From NCBI GenBank assembly GCA_034670305.1, contig JAXMNT010000016.1, forward strand, positions 32,001-96,000: DNA of 64,000 nucleotides, in the 5' to 3' direction. Origin of the DNA: Deltaproteobacteria bacterium. Its GTDB lineage: Bacteria > Myxococcota_A > Polyangia > Polyangiales > Houyiibacteriaceae. Below the pieces are notes generated by a model. It made no database searches. It was not told the DNA's origin and saw only the letters and a program-made list of their open reading frames with translations. This document shows, piece by piece, positions 1 through 8,866 of this stretch. Position numbers and translations under genes: made by a program. The number at the start of each line of letters is the position of its first letter. The first letter of the stretch is position 1.

Positions 1-167
1 CCTTCCCGTTCGCCCGAAACTGCCCCGTCTGGCGGCTCCGCCGCGTCTCGGGATTCCGCGGGAGCGGCCACCGGTTCGGTCGTGCCGACGGGCGTCGCGC
101 GCCTCGGCGCTTGGGCCGCGGCGGACGTGGCCCAGAGAAGAAGAATCGCGACGAAGCAACAGCGCAT
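1..167 (-). CDS. Partial (5' end only) exported hypothetical protein
   Basis: ATG at 167 reads MRCCFVAILLLWATSAAAQAPRR..., a Sec-type signal peptide (AAA|Q). The frame is open to the window edge and lies just downstream of apbE on the same strand. Confidence 0.6.
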   Translation of the reverse strand, partial: MRCCFVAILLLWATSAAAQAPRRATPVGTTEPVAAPAESRDAAEPPDGAVSGERE

Positions 168-214
168 CTGCCCAGTCAGCCAAATCGGCCGACGCACGTC
201 AACGTCGCAGGCGG

Positions 215-1318
215 TCAGTGACAACCGGGAAGCACGCCGCCCTCGAGTTCGATGCGGTAGCGGAGCCGGCCCGTCGCCGCCTCCGTGCCGAAGAGGCGGC
301 AGTCGTCATCGAGCATCACGACCTGCGCCTCGAGTTCGATGCGTTCGAGCATCTCGAGCGCGCGCCGCGGTCCGAGCACGAACGCGGCGGTCGAGAGCGC
401 ATCGGCATAGAGGCCCTCGGGCGCGATCAGGGTGACGCTCACGGTCTGGTCGACCGGCAGGCCGGTCCGAGGGTTCAGGATGTGGTGCCAGCGTTTTCCC
501 TGGGGATCGATGAACACGTGTTCGTAATCTCCGCTGGTGCTGACCGAACCACCGTCGATCTCGAAGAACGCAAAGTGATCTTCCCGCCGGGGGTGCTGGA
601 TGCCGACGCGCCAGGGACGCCCCCCACCCGGCGCATCTGGGTCGGGCCTCAGTCCATGCACCTGCACCTGCCCACCGCCGAAGAGCATGTAGCTCTCGAT
701 GCCCGCGCCTCGAAGAATCGCCCCCGCGCGATCGAGCGCGTAGCCCTTGGCGATGCCCCCGGTGCCGATCGCCATGCCGACGTTCTTGAGAAAGACCGTG
801 CGCGCTTCTTCATCGATCTCGATCGCCGTCCAGTCGATCAACCGCAGGCGCGGTCGCACTTCGCGTCGGTCGGGGATGCGCTGTCTTCCAGGACGAAAGT
901 CGTAGAGCCCGCGGAGGGCCGCCCACGACAGATCGAACGCGCCGTCGCTCCATCGCGAGACATCGACCCCGGCTTTCACCACCCGGAACACGTCTTCGGA
1001 CACCCGCACCGGCGCAATGCCCGCCTGCTGATTGATGCGGCTGATCTCGCTGTCCTCCCGCCACTCGCTCAGCACCGTTTCGAGCCGGCCGATCTCTTCG
1101 AATGCCCGGCGGATGGCCGGACCGCCGACGTCGGCGGTCGCGTTCACCGAGATTCGAAACACCGTACCCATGTACGGTCGGCTGCGGGTCAGGAGCTCGC
1201 GCTCCGGCTCTGGGACGTCCTCACGGGGGGCCGGCGGATCCAACCGAACTTCTTCGACCTGCTCTGGCGCACTGGGGCCGCAGGCGAGCGCAAGAAGAAG
1301 TGCGAACCGGAGATTCAT
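215..1318 (-). CDS. apbE: FAD:protein FMN transferase (ApbE family lipoprotein)
   Basis: MGT motif, SEISRIN, SDGAFD, GGIAKGYALD, STSGDYE, HHILNPRTG, ADALSTA; lipobox LALAC. Confidence 0.95.
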   Translation of the reverse strand: MNLRFALLLALACGPSAPEQVEEVRLDPPAPREDVPEPERELLTRSRPYMGTVFRISVNATADVGGPAIRRAFEEIGRLETVLSEWREDSEISRINQQAGIAPVRVSEDVFRVVKAGVDVSRWSDGAFDLSWAALRGLYDFRPGRQRIPDRREVRPRLRLIDWTAIEIDEEARTVFLKNVGMAIGTGGIAKGYALDRAGAILRGAGIESYMLFGGGQVQVHGLRPDPDAPGGGRPWRVGIQHPRREDHFAFFEIDGGSVSTSGDYEHVFIDPQGKRWHHILNPRTGLPVDQTVSVTLIAPEGLYADALSTAAFVLGPRRALEMLERIELEAQVVMLDDDCRLFGTEAATGRLRYRIELEGGVLPGCH

Positions 1319-1369
1319 CCAGGCAGAAGTCTAGGGCTACGGGTCCGAACTGTCTGAACGTTCTTCGAA

Positions 1370-2512
1370 TCAGCGCTCGGTGATCGGGGTCAGCGTGCGG
1401 TCGGCTTCGCCCATCCAGATCTGGGAGGGCCGGAAGATGCGGTTGTCTTGGAGCTGCTCGAGCAGGTGGGCGAGCCAGCCAGCGACGCGCGAGATCGCGA
1501 ACACGGGCGTGAAGAGATCGGTGGGGATGCCCATCTTCTCGTAGACGATGCCCGAGTAGAAATCGACGTTCGGGTAGATGCCCTTGTGGCCGACGAGTTC
1601 TTCCATCTGGGTCTCGAGCCGGGTCGCGACATCGTAGATCGGGGTGCGGCCGTAGCGCTCGAAGAGGTCGGTGGCGAGATCCTGCAGGATGGTCGCGCGC
1701 GGGTCTTTGACCTTGTACACGCGGTGGCCGAAGCCCGTGACCTTCTCCTTGCGGGCGAGCCGATCCTCGGCCCAGCGACGCACACCTTCTTTCGACGGAT
1801 CGTCGATGAGTCGCAGCATCTCGAGCACCCGCTCGTTCGCGCCGCCATGGAGCGGACCGGCGAGCGAGCCAATGGCCGAGGTCACCGCAGCGTACGGGTC
1901 TGCGAGCGTCGAACCGGTCACGCGCGCGGTGAACGTCGACGCGTTCATCGAGTGTTCGGCGTGGAGCGTGAGCGCCACGTCCATCACCTTCACCATCAGC
2001 TCGTTCGGCTCTTCCCCTTCAAGCATGTAGAGAAAGTTCGCCGCGTGGCTGAGGTCGGTGCGGGGTTCGATCGGATGATCGCCCCGGCGGATGCGGTGCC
2101 AGGCCGCGACCACGGTCGGAAGTTTGGCCACGAGCCGGACCGCGCTGAGGCGTCGGAACTCGAGGTCGGCGACGTGGTCGCCCGGGTAGAACATGCCCAT
2201 GCAGGCGACGGCCGCGGTCAACGCGTCCATCGGGTGTCCGCGCTCCGGCAGGTTCTTCAGCACGTCGACGATGCGGAACTTGAGTCCGCGCTCCGAGGCG
2301 AGCTCCGCGGAGAACGCGTCGAGCTCGGCCTGGGTCGGGAGGGTGCCGACGTGAAGAAGGTAGACCACTTCTTCGTAGGTGCAGTGCTCCGCGAGCTGCT
2401 CGATCGGGAAGCCGCGGTATTGGAGTTTGCCCACCGTTCCGTCGATGAGGCACACACTCGATTGCGCACAGGGCACTCCGGCGAGGCCGGGCACGAAGGT
2501 CTTCTCGGTCAT
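1370..2512 (-). CDS. gltA: Citrate synthase (short type; could be 2-methylcitrate synthase)
   Basis: HAEHSMNASTF, GPLHGGANE, GFGHRVYK, YPNVDF motifs; likely start MTEKTFVPGLAGV at 2512. Confidence 0.9.
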   Translation of the reverse strand: MTEKTFVPGLAGVPCAQSSVCLIDGTVGKLQYRGFPIEQLAEHCTYEEVVYLLHVGTLPTQAELDAFSAELASERGLKFRIVDVLKNLPERGHPMDALTAAVACMGMFYPGDHVADLEFRRLSAVRLVAKLPTVVAAWHRIRRGDHPIEPRTDLSHAANFLYMLEGEEPNELMVKVMDVALTLHAEHSMNASTFTARVTGSTLADPYAAVTSAIGSLAGPLHGGANERVLEMLRLIDDPSKEGVRRWAEDRLARKEKVTGFGHRVYKVKDPRATILQDLATDLFERYGRTPIYDVATRLETQMEELVGHKGIYPNVDFYSGIVYEKMGIPTDLFTPVFAISRVAGWLAHLLEQLQDNRIFRPSQIWMGEADRTLTPITER

Positions 2513-2625
2513 GGAGAGGCCGACTCCTACTTGGGGACAAAAATGGGGGTTGGGGGCGCGAGACCGTAGCACGAGCGTTCCCGAGAGCGGGTTGGGAGCG
2601 TCGGTCTACGGGAAATGCTGGGGTG

Positions 2626-2985
2626 CTATTGAACGATCCAACCCGCCAGCGCCAGTGCAAGCTCGGGCCGGGGTTCGGCGAGTTCGAGATCCGCTTGTAC
2701 GGCCCGAGCGCTGGGGCGCCACCCCGCACGGTGCACCCCACCCGTGAGGAGGATCGTCAATCCGGCCCGTGGGAAATGCTCGAGGCCGAGCGCCAACTGG
2801 TCGGAATCGAAGCTGGGGTCGAGGTCCTTCGCGGCGGCGAGCAGGTGCACCCGAAACGAGTGGGCGGCGGAGTCGTCCAGCGCACCGGCCAACGCGCATC
2901 GGCAGGCGTTGGCGCTTGCCGAAGGCACGATCGAGGGCTCGGAGGCGCGCGTTTCACCCGCGATGGGAAGTCGGCGTTTGCTCAA
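2626..2985 (-). CDS. Small hypothetical protein
   Basis: The TTG start overlaps the thioredoxin stop (TTGA). It reads MSKRRLPIAGETR...LALAGWIVQ and fills the gap in an apparent operon. Confidence 0.5.
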   Translation of the reverse strand: MSKRRLPIAGETRASEPSIVPSASANACRCALAGALDDSAAHSFRVHLLAAAKDLDPSFDSDQLALGLEHFPRAGLTILLTGGVHRAGWRPSARAVQADLELAEPRPELALALAGWIVQ

Positions 2986-3635
2986 CGCGGACCCTTCTCG
3001 ACTTCCAGGTCCGCGACTTCCCACGCCAGAAACCCGCCCTCGAGGTATTTCACCAGGATGCCTTCCGAAACCAGCTGGGTGGCCACCGTCTTGGCTTCGT
3101 CGGAACGACCGTAGAGAACGGGGAGTTTGCCGTCCTCGAAGTCGAGCTCGTCCTTGCGTTCGGGCAGGTCGTCCGTTGGCAGGTTGATCGCGCCGGGCAG
3201 CCGGTAGCGTGCGTAGGCGGCGGGATCCCGCACGTCGACCGGGCGGGCACCGCCACCGACGATCATCGCCGCGAGCGCTTCGGGGTCGAGGGCGAGGTCG
3301 TCCTTGCCGAGCAGCGGCTCCACCAGCTTCTCGAGCGCGGACTTGGGCACCGCGCCGAGCTGATGCCCGACGACCTTGCCGCCCTTGAGCGCCACGAACA
3401 TCGGGATGGAGCTCGCCCGAAACATCTGGGCACACATCGGGTTGTGGTCGATGTCGATCGAGACGACCTTGAGACGCCCCGCCAGCTCCTGGGCGAGCTT
3501 CGCCACGACGGGCGCCATCTGTTTGCAGGGCCCGCACCACGCCGCGTGGAGATCGACGAGCACCCCGAGCGGTTCGTTCATGACCTCCTGCTCGAAGCTC
3601 GCGTCGGTGACGACGACCACGTTGCCAGACATCAT
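2982..3635 (-). CDS. Thioredoxin fused to a C-terminal rhodanese-like domain
   Basis: WCGPC active site and SIP cis-Pro motif, followed by VDVR..Y..LPGAINLP and LEGGFLAW rhodanese motifs. The start overlaps the deoC stop (TGATG). Confidence 0.9.
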   Translation of the reverse strand: MMSGNVVVVTDASFEQEVMNEPLGVLVDLHAAWCGPCKQMAPVVAKLAQELAGRLKVVSIDIDHNPMCAQMFRASSIPMFVALKGGKVVGHQLGAVPKSALEKLVEPLLGKDDLALDPEALAAMIVGGGARPVDVRDPAAYARYRLPGAINLPTDDLPERKDELDFEDGKLPVLYGRSDEAKTVATQLVSEGILVKYLEGGFLAWEVADLEVEKGPR

Positions 3636-4318
3636 CAGTATCCCTTTCCTGCGGCGCCACCGGACACGATGGCGACGCCTGCGCTGCACCCAAGCCGGTT
3701 CGCGCCGGCCTTCACCATGGCGTCGGCGGTGGCGGCGTCGCGAATGCCGCCGCTGGCTTTGACGCCCACCGCAGGACCCACTTCGTCCCGCATCCACCGC
3801 ACGGCGTCGAGGGTCGCCCCACCCGAACCGAAGCCCGTGGAGGTCTTCACGAACGCGGCGCCGGCAGCCACCGACACGGCCGAGGCACGGCGCACGAACG
3901 CCTCGGGTCGGCCAAACGTCTCGAGGATGACCTTCACGGCCCGCTCCTCCGCAGCGTCCACCACCGCGGCCAAGTCCGCCTGGATCTCCGACCAGTCCTC
4001 GAGCCCCTGATGCATCACCACGTCGATCTCGCCCGCCCCGGCTGCCACCGCAGCGCGCGTCTCGGCGACCTTGGCGGCGGTCGTGGCGTTTCCATGCGGA
4101 AAGCCGACCACCGAACACACCTTCACGGATGCAAGCGTGGGTGATTCTCGAAGCCGACGCAGCGTCGCAGACGCCTGCGCCACCCACGAGGACGCCACGC
4201 AGACGGTGCAAAACCCGTGCGTGAGGGCCTCTTCGCACGCTGCGTCGATGTCCTGCGCATGGGCGCCCGGAGCGAGGACGGTGTGGTCGATCAAGCCGGC
4301 GAGGTCGGACCGCTGCAT
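3635..4318 (-). CDS. deoC: Deoxyribose-phosphate aldolase
   Basis: IDHTVL, VVGFPHG, GAGEIDVV, VKVILET, FVKTSTGF, GVKASGGIR, RLGCS. Confidence 0.95.
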   Translation of the reverse strand: MQRSDLAGLIDHTVLAPGAHAQDIDAACEEALTHGFCTVCVASSWVAQASATLRRLRESPTLASVKVCSVVGFPHGNATTAAKVAETRAAVAAGAGEIDVVMHQGLEDWSEIQADLAAVVDAAEERAVKVILETFGRPEAFVRRASAVSVAAGAAFVKTSTGFGSGGATLDAVRWMRDEVGPAVGVKASGGIRDAATADAMVKAGANRLGCSAGVAIVSGGAAGKGY

Positions 4319-4443
4319 CGCTGGCCACCATACGAGGCGCGGGCCGACGCGCCAACCGATGCGGGCGGTTGCGGGGACCATCCGTCGGTGCGCGCGTTTC
4401 TCGGTGTGCGTAACAGCCGCGATGGGCTACGGTCCGGCCGTTC

Positions 4444-6735
4444 ATGGACGTCACCTGCGAGCGGTGCGGTACCGAGTACGAGTTTGACGAAACGCTCGTC
4501 TCCGACCGCGGAACGACCGTGAAATGCACCAACTGCGGTCACCTCTTCAAGGTGTACCCGCCTGGTGCCGAACCCGGCAGCAGCGACCGTGCGTGGATCG
4601 TGCGAAAGAAGTCCGGCGGCACCGAGAAGCTCGGCAGCTTGCGGGAGCTTCAACAGCGGATCACCGAGGGCAAGGTCGACGAAGACGACGAGCTGTCCCG
4701 CTCCGGTGCGGCGTGGAAGCGGCTCGGGGACATCGCCGAGCTGCAGACCTTCTTCCTGGCCGCCAAAGCCGCCGCGACGGTGCCGGACAGCGGACAGGGG
4801 CCTCCCAAGAAGCAGACGCTCTTCGGCGTGGGCGCCGCCCCGTCGGTCCCAGCGCCGCCCTCGCCTCCCCACACGAGTCCTCCGAGCGCGCCGCCGCCAC
4901 GGCCTCAGCCCACCCCCCCGCGACCTCAGTCGGTGCGGCCTGCGCCGCCACCCCCACGCCCGTCCTCGAGGCCGACGCCTCCGCCCGCGCGCCCGGTTCG
5001 GCAAGAGATGCCCCGCGCTCCGATGATGTCCGAGGCGCCCCCGGACACCGCCGCGGGTCGCGCCCGCGCGCCCACCCTCGACGACCCGGCCGCCACCGCG
5101 CCGGCCAAACAGCAGCGTGCGCCCAAGACCAGCGAACCGCCGGCGTCGGCGCGCCCCCGCAAGAAGGCGCTCTACCTCGACGAAGAGGAGGCCCCTGCCC
5201 TGCCCACCAAACGCAGTGGCGGCGCCGGACTGTGGGTGTTGCTGCTCGTGCTCGTCGGAGGCGGCGTCGCCGCCGCGCTGAACTGGGACTCGATCGCACC
5301 GATGATCGGCCTCGGCGAAGCGGCGGAAGAGGATCCGATCGCGTCGTTCCTCGCGGCTGGCGAAGCGGCGTTGGCGCTCGACACCGAAGCTGGCTACCGA
5401 GACGCCATTCGAGAGTTCACCCGCGCGAGCGCGCTCGCGGAGCGCGACGAGCGGGTGCTGGTCGCCCTCTCGCGAACCCACGCGGCGATGGCGCAAGCGT
5501 TGACCTTTCACGCGTCCGACTTGCGCGCGCGCTCGGCCCAGGACCCGGCCGCCGCGGGGGGTGCGGAGCGGGTGGAACGCGACGCGGCATCGCACGCCGA
5601 ACAAGCCAAGAACTACGGCGAAGAGACCCTGCGCTACCACCCGGCGAGCGCCGAAGGCGAGCTGGTCCTGGCCGACGCATTGCGGCTCACCGGCGAGCTG
5701 TCCGATGCCCGCCACCACATGGACCGAAGCGGCTCGATGCGGGACGAACCGACCGCGATGCTGCACCTCGGTCGAGGGCTCCTGATCGTGGCCGAACGCG
5801 AGGCCGAGCAACCGAGCGCGCCCGCGGATCCGCCCGAAGGCGAGGCTCCGAGCCCTGCCGGTCCGCCGAGCATCCTCGCCGGTCGCGAGGGCTTCGAAGC
5901 CGCGGTGCGGCTCGATGGCTCGTTGCTCCGCGCACGGCTCGCGCTGGCCCGCATGCACCTCGCCGCGAACGACGTGGAGACCGCCCGGTCGGAACTCGCA
6001 GCAGTTCGCGCGGTGGTCTCCAACCATGCCGCGGCGCAGGCCCTGTCGGAAGCGATCGACCAGGGCCTCGCGCCTGCGCCCGCCGTCGTCGAGCTGGGGG
6101 CGGACGCGGGGGTTGGCGAGACCACCGAGACCACCGAGACCACGGCGCCCTCGGAGACCGCGATGACCACCGTCATGGGTGGTGGAGGCGGAGGCGGCGG
6201 CGACGATCGGGTCACGCCGGGCCGCCGCGACTACAGCTGGTTCATCCGCGAAGGCGGTCGCCTGCTGCAAGCCGGCAACACGTCCGAAGCCAACCAGATG
6301 TACCAGTCGGCGCTCGAGCTCCGGCCTGGGAGTTCGGAAGCGAACAGCGGGTTGGGGTACGTCGCGCTCGCCCAGGGCCGCGCGTCGCAAGCCGCGTCTC
6401 TCTTCCGGGCCGCGGCGCTGAACGACTACGGCGATGCCTACATCGGCCTGGCCGACGCGTACCGGCGCATGGGCCGCACCGAAGACGCCGTCACGACCTA
6501 CCGCCGCTACCTGAGCAGCCGCCCGAGCGGACCCCACGCCGGACTCGCCCGCCGGCAAATCGAAGCGCTCGCTCCGGAGGTCGCCACGATGGACACGACC
6601 ATGGACGAGGCCATGGAGGCGACGCCCATGGAAGAGACCCCGATGACCGAGACGATGGAGCAGGCGCCGACGGAACAAGTTCCGATGGAAGCGGCGCCAA
6701 CCGAGATGGCGCCGCCAGTCGAAGACGACTTCTAA
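4444..6735 (+). CDS. Zinc-ribbon (MJ0042-type) membrane protein with Pro-rich linker and periplasmic TPR repeats
   Basis: CERC...VKCTNC zinc ribbon, GYF_2-like segment (W..LGDIAEL), Pro-rich linker, TM LWVLLLVLVGGGVAAAL, TPR-like helices. Resembles myxobacterial AgmX/GltJ-type architecture. Confidence 0.8.
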   Translation: MDVTCERCGTEYEFDETLVSDRGTTVKCTNCGHLFKVYPPGAEPGSSDRAWIVRKKSGGTEKLGSLRELQQRITEGKVDEDDELSRSGAAWKRLGDIAELQTFFLAAKAAATVPDSGQGPPKKQTLFGVGAAPSVPAPPSPPHTSPPSAPPPRPQPTPPRPQSVRPAPPPPRPSSRPTPPPARPVRQEMPRAPMMSEAPPDTAAGRARAPTLDDPAATAPAKQQRAPKTSEPPASARPRKKALYLDEEEAPALPTKRSGGAGLWVLLLVLVGGGVAAALNWDSIAPMIGLGEAAEEDPIASFLAAGEAALALDTEAGYRDAIREFTRASALAERDERVLVALSRTHAAMAQALTFHASDLRARSAQDPAAAGGAERVERDAASHAEQAKNYGEETLRYHPASAEGELVLADALRLTGELSDARHHMDRSGSMRDEPTAMLHLGRGLLIVAEREAEQPSAPADPPEGEAPSPAGPPSILAGREGFEAAVRLDGSLLRARLALARMHLAANDVETARSELAAVRAVVSNHAAAQALSEAIDQGLAPAPAVVELGADAGVGETTETTETTAPSETAMTTVMGGGGGGGGDDRVTPGRRDYSWFIREGGRLLQAGNTSEANQMYQSALELRPGSSEANSGLGYVALAQGRASQAASLFRAAALNDYGDAYIGLADAYRRMGRTEDAVTTYRRYLSSRPSGPHAGLARRQIEALAPEVATMDTTMDEAMEATPMEETPMTETMEQAPTEQVPMEAAPTEMAPPVEDDF

Positions 6736-6761
6736 GAGGGCCCTTGCCCTGTTGATCGGGA

Positions 6762-6926
6762 GCAAAAGCCGCAGACTCGGCAACAGCCGCAGCAACAGCC
6801 GCAGACTCGGCAACAGCCGCAGACTCAGCAACAGCCGCAGACTCAGCAACAGCCGCACTCAGCAACAGCCGCAGACCTCTGCAACAGCCGCAGACTCAGC
6901 AACAGCGCAGACTCAGCAACAGCGCA
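6762..6926. repeat. Intergenic tandem repeat, about 18-bp unit GCAACAGCCGCAGACTC[A/G]
   Basis: About 10 degenerate copies, some shortened, between the zinc-ribbon gene and sppA. Confidence 0.9.
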
Positions 6927-6988
6927 GCGACCACCGTCCTCCGGCCGGCCGCATGGACGTTGCCGCGGTTGTGCCCCATGGAAAGTGG

Positions 6989-8770
6989 ATGAGAACCGCC
7001 GTTCGAGTCTGTCTCGTGTCCCTCGCCTGCCTCGCGCTCTCGTGCGACGACGCGGTGGAGCCCGATCTCTCCGGATCGACCGGTGAGGTCGAGTTGCGGG
7101 AGCTGCGGCTCGATCGGCCGCCGCGGGACTCGACCGACGCGGACCTGTTCGGCGCGAGCCGGCCCACGGTGCGGTTCGTCTTGCAGCAGCTCGATCTCAT
7201 CGCGGAGACCGACAGCGCCAAAGGCCTGTTCCTTCGAGTCGGACCGTTCGGTGGGGCGTGGGCGCGGGTGCAGGATCTGCAATCGGGGCTCGCCAAGATC
7301 CGCGCCGCCAACAAGCCGGTGCACTGCCACTTCGAGACGGCGGACAACGCGAGCTACGCGCTGATGGCCGCCAGCTGCGATCGCATCAGCATGACCCCGG
7401 CGGGCACGCTCAACCTCGTCGGTCTCTCGATGCAGGCCTTCTACGCGCGCCAGTTGCTCGAGCGCATCGGTGGCCACGCGGACATTCTCCACGTCGGTCG
7501 CTACAAGGGCGCGGGCGATACGCTTACCCGGGACGAGATGCCCGAGGCGGCGCGCGAGTCGCTCGGCGCGTTGCTCGACGACCTGCAGAGTCAGCTCCTC
7601 GCGTCCGTACTCGCCCGCAACGACATCGCCGACATCGCGGAACCGCTCTCGGCCGCCGTGTTCCAGCATGGGCCGTACACCGCAGAGGCGGCGCGCGTCG
7701 TGGGGCTCGTGGACGACGTCGGATTCGACGACGAAGCGCGGGAACACGCGCGGGTCGCCGCCGGGGTCGAAGTCGACCAGGTGCGCACCCTGACGCTGCG
7801 CAAACCCCAGAAGGATCTCGGCTTGAGCGACATCGTCTCCGCCTTTGCGGGCGACCAGGAGAGCACCACCGTCACCGGGGAACGCATCGCACTCGTCTAC
7901 TTGTCGGGATCGATCGTCGACGGCACCACGCCCAAACCCGGCAACGCGGTGAGCGGTCCGTTCGTGGACGCGATGCGCGGCTTCGCCCGCGACGAAGACG
8001 TCAAAGCGATCGTGCTGCGCATCAACTCGCCGGGCGGTTCGGCGCTCGCCAGCGATCGAATGTGGCATGCGGTGCGACGCGCTGCCGCGCACAAGCCGGT
8101 CATCGCCAGCATCGGAGACGTGGCTGCCAGCGGGGGCTACTACATCGCGTGCGGTGCCACGGTGATCTACGCGCACGAGACCAGCGTGGTCGGTTCCATC
8201 GGCGTCGTCGGCGGCAAGGTGAGCTTCGGAGGTTTGGCGGAGGAGATCGGTGTCAACGCGGTCACCCTGCGGCACGGGCCCTACTCCGACTGGACCAATG
8301 GGTTCGCGCCCTTCGACGAGGCCCAGCGCGCATCGATCCAAGGGCTGTTGAACTCGACCTACTGGCGGTTCCTCCGGCGCGTCGCGGTGGGCCGCGGCAT
8401 GGAGCAGCGGGAGGTGCACGAGATCGGACAGGGCCGGGTCTGGAGCGGCGTGGCCGGTCACCGCTTGAACCTGATCGATGAGCTCGGCGGTCTGGACGAC
8501 GCCATCGCACGGGCCACCGCGGATGCAGAACTCGAGGACCCGGAGGTCGAAGTCTGGCCGCGTCCGCGCTCGGTGCTCGAGTCGATCAGCGCCGCCATGG
8601 GTGGCGACCAGGAGGCGCGGGCGCAGCTGGAGTCCGCCCAGGGTGCACTCCGGTGGAACGCACTGCTGCAGGAGCTCGGGCCGGTCGGCGACGCGGCCAA
8701 CCAGCTTCCTTCGCTGCTGGAACACGAGCACATCGCCGTCGCGATGCCCTACGTGCTCGTGGTCGAGTAA
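6989..8770 (+). CDS. sppA: Signal peptide peptidase SppA (protease IV, long form)
   Basis: Two S49 domains; GRYKGA Lys, LRINSPGGS, AASGGYY catalytic Ser, GSIGV, GRVWSG; lipobox-like LALSC. Confidence 0.92.
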   Translation: MRTAVRVCLVSLACLALSCDDAVEPDLSGSTGEVELRELRLDRPPRDSTDADLFGASRPTVRFVLQQLDLIAETDSAKGLFLRVGPFGGAWARVQDLQSGLAKIRAANKPVHCHFETADNASYALMAASCDRISMTPAGTLNLVGLSMQAFYARQLLERIGGHADILHVGRYKGAGDTLTRDEMPEAARESLGALLDDLQSQLLASVLARNDIADIAEPLSAAVFQHGPYTAEAARVVGLVDDVGFDDEAREHARVAAGVEVDQVRTLTLRKPQKDLGLSDIVSAFAGDQESTTVTGERIALVYLSGSIVDGTTPKPGNAVSGPFVDAMRGFARDEDVKAIVLRINSPGGSALASDRMWHAVRRAAAHKPVIASIGDVAASGGYYIACGATVIYAHETSVVGSIGVVGGKVSFGGLAEEIGVNAVTLRHGPYSDWTNGFAPFDEAQRASIQGLLNSTYWRFLRRVAVGRGMEQREVHEIGQGRVWSGVAGHRLNLIDELGGLDDAIARATADAELEDPEVEVWPRPRSVLESISAAMGGDQEARAQLESAQGALRWNALLQELGPVGDAANQLPSLLEHEHIAVAMPYVLVVE

Positions 8771-8866
8771 CGAAGCACTTCCATAAGTGCTTCTGCACCC
8801 GGCCCAGCTGCTTTCCCCCACACCGGAGCCACCTGATTCTTCCTCCGCAGGCGGCGCGCTGGTAGT

